A stretch of 64,000 nt of DNA from positions 23,455 through 87,454 of the forward strand of contig JBFMAT010000007.1 in NCBI GenBank assembly GCA_040755495.1. The letters run 5' to 3'. Numbering within the stretch: position 1 is the first letter of the stretch; the number at the start of each line of letters is the position of its first letter. The notes beneath the pieces were generated by a model, which saw only the letters and a program-made list of their open reading frames with translations, made no database searches and had not been told where the DNA came from. Positions 25,969 through 34,055 of the stretch are shown here, piece after piece. Origin of the DNA: Chloroflexota bacterium. Its GTDB lineage: Bacteria > Chloroflexota > Limnocylindria > Limnocylindrales > CSP1-4. The position numbers and the translations under genes are program-made.

Positions 25969-28900
25969 CTACTCGTCCCGGGCGCGGAGGACCGCGCTGG
26001 TGCGGGCCGCCGGCAGCTGGCGCCGGACGAGCAGCCAGGTCGCCACGACCAGGATGCCGGCCAGGGCGACCGTCGGCAGCAGCGCCTCGAGTGGCACCAC
26101 CACGATCGCGTCGGGGACCGGCGGCTCGCCCGACGCCGTGAGCGTGGCGAACGGCAGCGCGAGCCACGCGAGGACGAGCCCGAGGCCGGTCCCCGCCACG
26201 AGGCCGATGACCAGCAGCGTCACGCTCTCCATCGACAGCCAGGCCTGCAGCTGGCGTGGCGAGAGCCCCAGGGCCTTGAGCAACGCAAACTCACCCAGCC
26301 GTTCGGCGGTGGACACCGTCGCGCTGACCAGGAAGCCGATCGCCGCGAACACCAGGGCCGCGATCGAGCCGAGGCCCAGGATGCCGATCACGCCGAGCGC
26401 CAGCGGGTCCCCGGTGAGATCCGCCAGCAGCGCCTCGTGGTCCACGATCTCCGTGGCGTCGATCGCGGGCGCCGCCAGCGCCGCCACCACGCCGGGCGCG
26501 CCGCCGGGCTCCACCGACAGCCACCACTCGTCCGTGTCGACCATCGTCGCCCCGGCGTTGAACCGGGCGAGGTCGAGCGCGAGGCCGTCGACCACGAGGA
26601 ACGGCTTCGCCGGGTCCTGGGGCGGGAACGCCTCCACCCGGCCGACGAGGTCGATGGTCAGCCGGACCCCGAACACCGATGCCTTAACCTCGTCGCCGAC
26701 GCGGGCGCCGGTGCGCTCGAGGAACACGGGCCCGGCCAGCGCGGCCAGGGGCGGGAGCTGGGCCGGCAGGTACGTGCGCCGGAACGCGACCTGCTGGAGG
26801 CTGAACACGCCGTCCAGCGACAGCCGGTTCGGGTGACCCTCGGGCGCTCGGTAGGGCGTGCCGGCGCCGCTCTCGACCCGGATCCACCGGGCGGGGGTCG
26901 GCGCGTCGAAGGCCAGCGGGGTCCACGCCTCGCCCGCGTCCGCCACGCTCGCCTCCAGCGCCTCGACGTCCACCGTCCCCTGGATCACGGTCTGGCCGAG
27001 GCCCGACCAGGTGAACGACAGCTCGAGGGCCACGATCCGGAGCGGCCCCGAGACGGCGCCGCCCGCCCCTTCGACGTCCAGCGGGATCTCGATCCGGGCA
27101 TGCTCCACGCCCAGGGCCCCCGGCGCCGAGGCGATCCGGAACAGCCGGCCGTCCGCGTCCGCCACGACCACGGCGGCGATCGCCCCCTCGTGCCCCGCCG
27201 GGATCTCGGGGAAGCCCTCGACCGGCAGGAACGTGGACGAGATGACCAGCGCCAGCCGGCGGGCGTCGTCGGGGATGTCGAGCCCGGGCGCGGTCGTGCG
27301 CGTGGCCGCCAGCGTGGCCAGGCCGTCGAGCGTCACCGCCCGCGAGGGATCGTCGCGGAGGCGGATCACGTCGGCCATCGGCGCCGGGTCCACGGCGATC
27401 ACGGCGCCGTCGCGGAGCGTCGCGCCAAGGTCCACCCCGGCGTGGACGACCGGCGTCGCGGCGGTGACGCCGGGGATGGCTCGGATCGCCGAGCCCAGCG
27501 CCCAGCCCGGCGTGGGTCCCTGGGCCGCGGGCACCATGCGGACGTCGGCGCCGGTCGCGTACACGGCCTGGTCCGCCTGGCTCCGCGCCCACGTTGCCGC
27601 ATGCGCCGAGGCGAACGTGCCGAGCGCCGCGGCCAGGATCAGCAACAGCGCGGCGCGGGTGTAGCGCAGCGGCCGCCGGGCGATCTGGCGCCCGCCCAGC
27701 GAGGCCACGAGCCCCCGGCCGCGGGCCAGGAGCCGCTCCGCGAGCTCGGCCAGTCGGGGCACGACCCGGATCGCCAGGACCGCGCCGCCCAGCAGGCCGA
27801 TCGCGGGTGCCGCGACCAGCAGCGGGTCGACGCCCAGGGTGCCCCGCGCGTTCTCGGTCAGGGGCGCGCCGTAGAGGCGCAGCTGGAACAGGGCGATCGC
27901 CGCCAGCAGCACGAGCGCGAGGTCGAGGCCCAGCCGCTGCGGCAGCGTGCGGCCCACCTGCCGGCCGATCGCGGCGCGCACGCCGCCGAGGCCGAGGTTC
28001 GAGGTCAGGGTCGGCAGCGTCAGCGCCGCCAGCTCCACCAGGCCGCCGACGCCCGCCACGAGGAACGTGGGCGGGCCGGGCAGCGGCGCCTCGAGGCCCA
28101 CGCCCTCCATCGCCGGGTTGAGGCGGACGGCCGCCACGAGCCCGGCGGCCAGCCAGGGCGCGGCGATCGCCGCCGGGACCGCGATCAGCAGCGCCTCGCC
28201 CATCGCGAGCGCCGACAGGTGGCCGAGGCCGGCGCCCCGCGCGCGGAGCAGGGCCGTCTCCGTCCGCCGCCGCTCCAGGAGCAGCGCGGCGACCAGGACG
28301 ACGGCGTAGCCGGCCAGCACGCCGAACTGGACGAGCAGCAGCAGGATTCCTGCCTGGGTGACCAGCACGGAGCGATCCACCGAATCGAGGATGGTCGGCA
28401 GTCGCGACGCCACCGACGCCTGGTTGGACTGGGGCAGCGCCGCGTTGATCCGGGCGCCCAGGCCGTCCAGCGCGCCGCCGACGACCTCGATCGTGTCCGG
28501 CCGGAAGCCGTCGACGTCCGGGATGGCGCGCCACTGGGCGTCGAGGGCCTCCGCGAGCCCGCCCGTGGTCAGGTCCTCGGCGGCCACGACGAGCGGGCCG
28601 CGGGTCGTGAACCGGCCGCTGGTCTCCGTCCCGACCAGGGCCAGCGGCTCGCCCAGCCAGTACGGGTCCGCGAGGTCCGCGCGCCAGGTGCCGGTGACGA
28701 CCACCTCGACCCGGCGCCCCGGGTCGAGCCGCCCGGCGAGCGACAGCCGGTCGCCCGTGCGCACGCCGAGCACGCCCGCGGCCGCCTCGGACAGGGTGGC
28801 CTCGAGCGGCGTCCTGCCGGGCTCGGCCCACCGCCCGTCCGCGATCGTCGCGTGTGCCTCGAGGCCCTCGAACGAGCCGAGCACCACGAGGTCGGTCACC

Positions 28901-29289
28901 GTCGCCGGGTCCGCGGCGGCGTCCGCGTAGGGCGACGAGCGGAGGACCCGCGCCAGCTCCCCGCCGATCGGGTCGATGACCCGCGAGAGCTCGGGCGTGA
29001 TGGCGGCGTCGGCGACCGGGAGGCGGTCGGGGGTGATCCGGGTCCGGACCACGATCGCGCGATCGGCCGGCGACGACTCCCGGAGCTCGCGATGGAGCCC
29101 GGCGAGGGTCACCGCGTCGGTGTACAGCGAGCCGGCGGCCAGCAGCGACAGCGCGCTGGCCAGGAGCACCCACGAGGCCAGCACGACGGGCCAGTCGGCG
29201 CGGGTCCGCTGCAGCACGGTGCGCCAGAGGCCGAGCGACGTGGGCAGCGGGAGACTCCTCGAGGTGCGGGGGAGACGCTCACCCGACAA
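25969..29289 (-). CDS. ABC transporter permease, double FtsX-domain type, very large second ectodomain
   Basis: The ORF is open to 29355. A TTG at 29289 or a CTG at 29247 (preceded by AGGAG-N7) are more plausible starts, so the start is unresolved. It has two FtsX-like 3-TM blocks (ILLLLVQFGVLAGYAVVL..ALLRARGAG, and a C-terminal LLKALGLSPRQL...) and ectodomains of about 300 and 470 aa. Confidence 0.82.
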   Translation of the reverse strand: MSGERLPRTSRSLPLPTSLGLWRTVLQRTRADWPVVLASWVLLASALSLLAAGSLYTDAVTLAGLHRELRESSPADRAIVVRTRITPDRLPVADAAITPELSRVIDPIGGELARVLRSSPYADAAADPATVTDLVVLGSFEGLEAHATIADGRWAEPGRTPLEATLSEAAAGVLGVRTGDRLSLAGRLDPGRRVEVVVTGTWRADLADPYWLGEPLALVGTETSGRFTTRGPLVVAAEDLTTGGLAEALDAQWRAIPDVDGFRPDTIEVVGGALDGLGARINAALPQSNQASVASRLPTILDSVDRSVLVTQAGILLLLVQFGVLAGYAVVLVAALLLERRRTETALLRARGAGLGHLSALAMGEALLIAVPAAIAAPWLAAGLVAAVRLNPAMEGVGLEAPLPGPPTFLVAGVGGLVELAALTLPTLTSNLGLGGVRAAIGRQVGRTLPQRLGLDLALVLLAAIALFQLRLYGAPLTENARGTLGVDPLLVAAPAIGLLGGAVLAIRVVPRLAELAERLLARGRGLVASLGGRQIARRPLRYTRAALLLILAAALGTFASAHAATWARSQADQAVYATGADVRMVPAAQGPTPGWALGSAIRAIPGVTAATPVVHAGVDLGATLRDGAVIAVDPAPMADVIRLRDDPSRAVTLDGLATLAATRTTAPGLDIPDDARRLALVISSTFLPVEGFPEIPAGHEGAIAAVVVADADGRLFRIASAPGALGVEHARIEIPLDVEGAGGAVSGPLRIVALELSFTWSGLGQTVIQGTVDVEALEASVADAGEAWTPLAFDAPTPARWIRVESGAGTPYRAPEGHPNRLSLDGVFSLQQVAFRRTYLPAQLPPLAALAGPVFLERTGARVGDEVKASVFGVRLTIDLVGRVEAFPPQDPAKPFLVVDGLALDLARFNAGATMVDTDEWWLSVEPGGAPGVVAALAAPAIDATEIVDHEALLADLTGDPLALGVIGILGLGSIAALVFAAIGFLVSATVSTAERLGEFALLKALGLSPRQLQAWLSMESVTLLVIGLVAGTGLGLVLAWLALPFATLTASGEPPVPDAIVVVPLEALLPTVALAGILVVATWLLVRRQLPAARTSAVLRARDE

Positions 29290-29357
29290 TAACCCCGGCA
29301 GGCCCGAAAGGTTCTGGCGGACGGCTACACTCCGCACCGTCCGCACCAGGAGCACCC

Positions 29358-30050
29358 ATGACCGTCGCCGCCGTGATCCTCGCCGCCACCCCGGCCTCCG
29401 CGCTCGCCGACGCCGACGGCACGCCGGCCGCGCGCCGCCTCGCCGACGTCGCGTGGTCCGGTGGCGCGACCCCGGTCGTCGTCTGCTCGTTCGACCCCGA
29501 CGGCGCCGTGGGGCGGACGCTGGCGAACGCGTCGGTCACGCTCGTGGACCCCGTGGACGTCGGCCGCGGGCCGGTCGGCCAGATCACGAACGGCATCGCC
29601 GCGGCGATGCAGCTGGTGGCGGACACCGATGCCGCGCTCGTGTGGCCGGCCCGCCTGGCCTGGGTCGATGCCGAGACCGTGACCATGCTGATCGCGGCGC
29701 ACGGCGAGGACCGGACCACCGTCCTCCGCCCTACGTACGGCGGTGAGGCCGGCTGGCCGATCCTGCTGCCCGTGGCCCACCTGGAGGCGTTGGGGGCGCT
29801 CGCCACGGACCGCATGCCCGACGAGCTGTTCGATGACCTGGCCGCGGCCGGCGTCCCGCGGCGCGAGCTGGAATCCGGCGATCCCGGCGTCGCGTATCCG
29901 GTCACGACGGCCCGCTCGGACCTGCCGCCCTACGACGGCCCGCCGAAGCCCGCCGACGCCCACGCCCACGAGTGGGGCGCCGCCGCCGCGGACGAGCCTG
30001 ACGACGCGCCGCTCGAGGGCCCGGGCCGGTTGACCCACGCCCCGGGCTGA
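29358..30050 (+). CDS. MobA/MocA-like NTP-transferase-fold protein (divergent)
   Basis: 230-aa ORF. AAVILAA..., ALVWPARLAWVDAETV and GWPILLP resemble molybdenum-cofactor cytidylyl/guanylyl-transferase-like proteins. The usual LAAGxSxRxG loop reads LAATPASALAD here. Confidence 0.6.
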   Translation: MTVAAVILAATPASALADADGTPAARRLADVAWSGGATPVVVCSFDPDGAVGRTLANASVTLVDPVDVGRGPVGQITNGIAAAMQLVADTDAALVWPARLAWVDAETVTMLIAAHGEDRTTVLRPTYGGEAGWPILLPVAHLEALGALATDRMPDELFDDLAAAGVPRRELESGDPGVAYPVTTARSDLPPYDGPPKPADAHAHEWGAAAADEPDDAPLEGPGRLTHAPG

Positions 30051-30060
30051 CCCGGCCCGA

Positions 30061-31119
30061 TCACCAGCTGCAGGTCGTCTCCCGGCGGACCGTCCACCGA
30101 TCGAGGTGGGCGTACACCGCCCACACGGTCAGCGCCCCGTGCGCCTCGAAGCTCCCGTTCGCGCCGGGCCCGACCAGGTCGACGGCGACGCCGGCGTCGG
30201 CGAGCCTGCCCCGCTCGACGTCGATCCCCCAGGTGAGGTTCGGGGCGCCCCCCACGACGTCCTGGACCGCCCCGTCCGATGGCGACGCGCCGCCCATCCA
30301 GGCGAGGTCCGTCCGGGTCACCGAGTCCGCGTCGAACGCCACGCCATCGCCGGCCTCGCCGGTCTCGCCCGCGTACGCCCAGGCGACGCCGACGCCGTCG
30401 GTGCCGCCGGCGAACGGCTCGCGCTCGCGCCACGTCCACGACACGGCGACCGGGATCCGGCTGCCGGGCGCGCCCGCCGGGCAGCCCACCTCGAGCCGGA
30501 GCTCCAGGGCGGTGGCGTCGGCGACCAGCGGCGACGCCGGCGAGGTGAGCAGCCAGGCCGGCGCGCCCGCGGCGCCGCCGGCCACGACGTACGCGACGGA
30601 CAGGCCGATCGCGATCCCGCGGTCGCGGCCACCCGGCAGGCGGATGGGCCCCGGCCTGCGCGACGCGACGAGCAGCGCGAAGGCCGACCCCAGCGGGACG
30701 GTCAGGGTGTTGCGGGCGAGATCGAGCGCGGCGCCCGCCAGGCCCGAGACGATCATGACCAGCAGGATGACCCACGCCGTCGGCCGGGCCCACGCCAGCC
30801 GACGATCGAGCCCGGCCGCCGTCACCACGAGGATCACCAGCGAGCACCCGGCGATGGCCACGGCCGCGAGCAGCGCGCCTCGGGCCGCGTACGTCGCGCT
30901 GGCCCCCGCCACGGTCAGGGTGACCACGAGGCCGAGCACCGCCAGGACCAGGAACAGGTTGCTGCTCCAGCGGTCGAAGGTCGCCCACGCGTCCGTGGGC
31001 GGCCGCCCGGCCGCACCCGCGCCCGCAGCCGCGGCCGGCGGGAGCGCCGCACGCTCCGCGCTCGCGGCCGGCGGCGCCGCACCCTCCGCGATCGTGGGCC
31101 GCTCGTCCGGCTCCCCCAT
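30061..31119 (-). CDS. Hypothetical membrane protein (4-5 TM plus a C-terminal extracytoplasmic domain)
   Basis: The MGEPDERP start at 31119 was placed by counting 352 aa from the stop. TMs include LFLVLAVLGLVVTLTVAG and LLAAVAIAGCSLVILVV, followed by a soluble C-terminal domain of about 150 aa. No family recognised. Confidence 0.6.
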   Translation of the reverse strand: MGEPDERPTIAEGAAPPAASAERAALPPAAAAGAGAAGRPPTDAWATFDRWSSNLFLVLAVLGLVVTLTVAGASATYAARGALLAAVAIAGCSLVILVVTAAGLDRRLAWARPTAWVILLVMIVSGLAGAALDLARNTLTVPLGSAFALLVASRRPGPIRLPGGRDRGIAIGLSVAYVVAGGAAGAPAWLLTSPASPLVADATALELRLEVGCPAGAPGSRIPVAVSWTWREREPFAGGTDGVGVAWAYAGETGEAGDGVAFDADSVTRTDLAWMGGASPSDGAVQDVVGGAPNLTWGIDVERGRLADAGVAVDLVGPGANGSFEAHGALTVWAVYAHLDRWTVRRETTCSW

Positions 31120-31148
31120 CGTCGCAGTCCTCCCGTCGGTCGACCGGC

Positions 31149-32072
31149 TCAACCGGCCCGGCCCGGCGCCGTCCGTACGGCCGACCGGACGCGCCGCAGC
31201 GCGCCCGTGGCCAGCGCGATGCCGCCGACGACCAGCGTAACGCCCGCGAGCTGCGCGGTGGACGGCGCCTCGCCCAGCAGGACCGCGCCCAGGACCACGG
31301 TGGTGACCGGCTGGACGAGCAGGAGCACCGACGAGATCACCGCCGGCAGCCGGGGCAGCGACACCTGGATCGCGAGATAGCCGATCGACTGGGACAGCAC
31401 GCCCAGCGCCAGCAGGTAGGCGTGCGCCGGCAGCGCCGGCACGAGGTCGAGGTCCCCGGCCGCCGCCCCGAACAGGCCTGCCACGACGCCCGTCACCAGC
31501 GTCGCGACCGCCACCGGGCCGGCCGGGCGGTGGTCGGGGCTCGCCCGGCGGATCACCAGCAGGTAGCCGGCGTAGGCGGCGGCGGTCAGGAGGCCGATCA
31601 GCACGCCCAGCCGCGGGTCCGCGCCGTACGCACCCGCCCCGATCACGCCCGAGATGAGGACGACGCCCGCCAGCATGATGGGGATCGCGACCAGCACCTC
31701 GCGCCGCGGCCGCTCGCCCCACACCAGCCAGGCCACGACCGCCACCAGCACGACCTGCAGGTTGCCCATGACGGTGCCGAGGCCCGCCCCGATGAGGTCC
31801 ACGGCGTAGTGGAACGAGAGCAGGTCCACGGCGAACAGCACGCCGGCGGCCGTGCTGACGGCCAGCGTCCGGCGCGACATCGGCCCCAGGCGGCGCGACT
31901 CCACGGCCGCGACCAGGAGCAGGATCGGCAGGCCGTACAGCGAGCGGAACACCACCCCCGTCGAGGGCGACACCTCCGACCAGCGGTAGAAGATCCCCGA
32001 CGACGCGATCGCGAGCGCGCCCAGGACGGCGGCCAGCCGGGGCCGCGCGACGACGGCGGCGAGGAGGCCCAT
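31149..32072 (-). CDS. DMT-superfamily (EamA-like) transporter
   Basis: 307-aa ORF with about 10 TM and two EamA-like halves (ALAIASSGIFYR..., LLALGVLSQSIGYLAIQVSL...). Confidence 0.8.
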   Translation of the reverse strand: MGLLAAVVARPRLAAVLGALAIASSGIFYRWSEVSPSTGVVFRSLYGLPILLLVAAVESRRLGPMSRRTLAVSTAAGVLFAVDLLSFHYAVDLIGAGLGTVMGNLQVVLVAVVAWLVWGERPRREVLVAIPIMLAGVVLISGVIGAGAYGADPRLGVLIGLLTAAAYAGYLLVIRRASPDHRPAGPVAVATLVTGVVAGLFGAAAGDLDLVPALPAHAYLLALGVLSQSIGYLAIQVSLPRLPAVISSVLLLVQPVTTVVLGAVLLGEAPSTAQLAGVTLVVGGIALATGALRRVRSAVRTAPGRAG

Positions 32073-32118
32073 CCGGGTCCGGCCGGGGCGCGATCGCGGG
32101 CGGGGCTCCCCGCCGCGC

Positions 32119-33984
32119 TCAGCGCTTGTCCGGCACCCCCACGAACCGCAGGCCCAGCTCCGCGTACTGCTCCTCGTCCGGCGCGGACGGCGCCTCGAGC
32201 ATCAGGTCGGAGCCGGACTGGGTCTTCGGGAACGCCATGACCTCGCGGATGTTGGTCTGGTACGAGAGCAGCGCCGCCCAGCGGTCCACGCCCAGCGCGA
32301 TCCCGCCGTGCGGCGGCGCCCCGTACTCGAACGCCTCGAGCATGGCGCCGAACCGCTCGCGCATCTGCTCGGGCGTGTAGCCCTGGAGGTTGAAGCTGCG
32401 GGCCAGCAGGTCGTGGCGCCAGATCCGCACCGAGCCGCCGCCCAGCTCCCAGCCGTTGAGCGCCACGTCGTACTGCATCGCCCGGGCGCGTCCGGCCGGG
32501 TCACGGGGCGAGCGATCGTCGAGGTCGCCGGACACGGTGGTGAGCAGCGGCTCGTCCTCCGGGACGACCCCGCTGAACGGGTTGTGGGTCGCGTCCCAGC
32601 GGCGGTGCTCCTCGTCCCACTGGTACATCGGGAAGCGGTGGACCCAGCAGTAGGCGAGCTCGTCGGGGTCCGCCAGCCCGAGACGGGCTCCCAGATCGAC
32701 GCGCAGCCGGCCGAGGACGTCGTTGGCCCGCTCGCCGGTGTCCGCGACGACCAGCACGAGGTCGCCCTCGCCAGCGCCCGCGAGCTCGCGGATCGCGGCC
32801 TGGATGCCCGCGGACAGGAACTTCGCGATCGGCCCGTGCAGCTCCCCCTCGGCGACCGAGAGGTGGACGAGGCCCCGGGCGCCGAACCGCTTGGCGAGCT
32901 CGGTCAGCTCGTCGATCTCGCGCCGGGTGGCGCCGCCCATGCCGGGGGCCGTGATCCCCTTGACCCGGCCGCCGTTGGCCAGCGTCTCGTCGAACACCCG
33001 GAAGCCGGACGCGGGGCTGCCGTCGTCCCCGGCCAGGGCCGGCGCGAGGTCGAACAGCTCCATCGCGAACCGGAGGTCCGGCTTGTCGGAGCCGAAGCGC
33101 TCCATCGCCTCGTGGTACTCGAACACCGGGAACGGGATGTCGCGGATCGGGCGCTCGGGCACCGTGGCCCGGCTGACCTCGATGACCATCCGCTCGATGA
33201 ACGCCATCACCGTGGGCTCGTCGACGAAGCTCATCTCGAGGTCCAGCTGGGTGAACTCCGGCTGGCGGTCGCCGCGGAGGTCCTCGTCCCGGAAGCAGCG
33301 CGCGATCTGGAAGTAGCGGTCGATGCCCGCGACCATCAGCAGCTGCTTGAGCTGCTGCGGGCTCTGGGGCAGCGCGTAGACCGTGCCCGGCTGGAGGCGC
33401 GACGGGACGATGAAGTCCCGCGCCCCCTCCGGGGTGCTCTTGATCAGGTTGGGGGTCTCCACCTCCACGAACCCGTTCGCGTGGTGGACCTCGCGGATCG
33501 CCTGGACGAGGCGGCTGCGGAGCAGCAGCCGGCGCTGCATCGCCTCCCGGCGGATGTCCAGGTAGCGGTACCGCAGGCGCAGGCTCTCGTCGATCGGGGC
33601 GTCCGGGTCGTTGACGTAGAACGGCGGCGTCCTCGCCTCGTTGAGGACCGTCGCCACGCGCACCTGGAGCTCGACGGCCCCGGTGGCGAGCTTCGGGTTC
33701 TCGGTGCCCGGCTGCCGGAGCGCGACCTCGCCCTCGAACGCCACCACGAACTCCGGGCGCATCCGCGCGGCGACCTCGCTCGCATCGGGGGCGTCGGCGG
33801 CGTCGATGACGACCTGCGTGATGCCGTGCCGGTCGCGGAGGTCGATGAAGATCAGCTTCCCGTAGTCGCGGCGGCGATGGACCCAGCCGGCGAGCCGCGC
33901 GCTCGTCCCGGCGTCGACCGGCCGCAGCTCCCCGCAGGTGTGGGTGCGGTACGGCGTGGCGAGGGAGGCGGACTCGGCGGGCAC
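32119..33984 (-). CDS. aspS: Aspartate--tRNA ligase
   Basis: GTG at 33984 (GGAG 9 nt upstream) gives 621 aa. Motifs are YRTHTCGELR, GWVHRRRDYGKLIFIDLRD, class II motifs (FQIARCFRDEDLRGDRQPEFTQLD, GGGSVRI) and HGGIALGVDR. Confidence 0.94.
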   Translation of the reverse strand: MPAESASLATPYRTHTCGELRPVDAGTSARLAGWVHRRRDYGKLIFIDLRDRHGITQVVIDAADAPDASEVAARMRPEFVVAFEGEVALRQPGTENPKLATGAVELQVRVATVLNEARTPPFYVNDPDAPIDESLRLRYRYLDIRREAMQRRLLLRSRLVQAIREVHHANGFVEVETPNLIKSTPEGARDFIVPSRLQPGTVYALPQSPQQLKQLLMVAGIDRYFQIARCFRDEDLRGDRQPEFTQLDLEMSFVDEPTVMAFIERMVIEVSRATVPERPIRDIPFPVFEYHEAMERFGSDKPDLRFAMELFDLAPALAGDDGSPASGFRVFDETLANGGRVKGITAPGMGGATRREIDELTELAKRFGARGLVHLSVAEGELHGPIAKFLSAGIQAAIRELAGAGEGDLVLVVADTGERANDVLGRLRVDLGARLGLADPDELAYCWVHRFPMYQWDEEHRRWDATHNPFSGVVPEDEPLLTTVSGDLDDRSPRDPAGRARAMQYDVALNGWELGGGSVRIWRHDLLARSFNLQGYTPEQMRERFGAMLEAFEYGAPPHGGIALGVDRWAALLSYQTNIREVMAFPKTQSGSDLMLEAPSAPDEEQYAELGLRFVGVPDKR

Positions 33985-34055
33985 GGGCAACGGACTCCGA
34001 TCTGCGGCTGGCGACGGCCCCCTATCGTATGTCACGACCGGCCGCGGGCCGCCGA

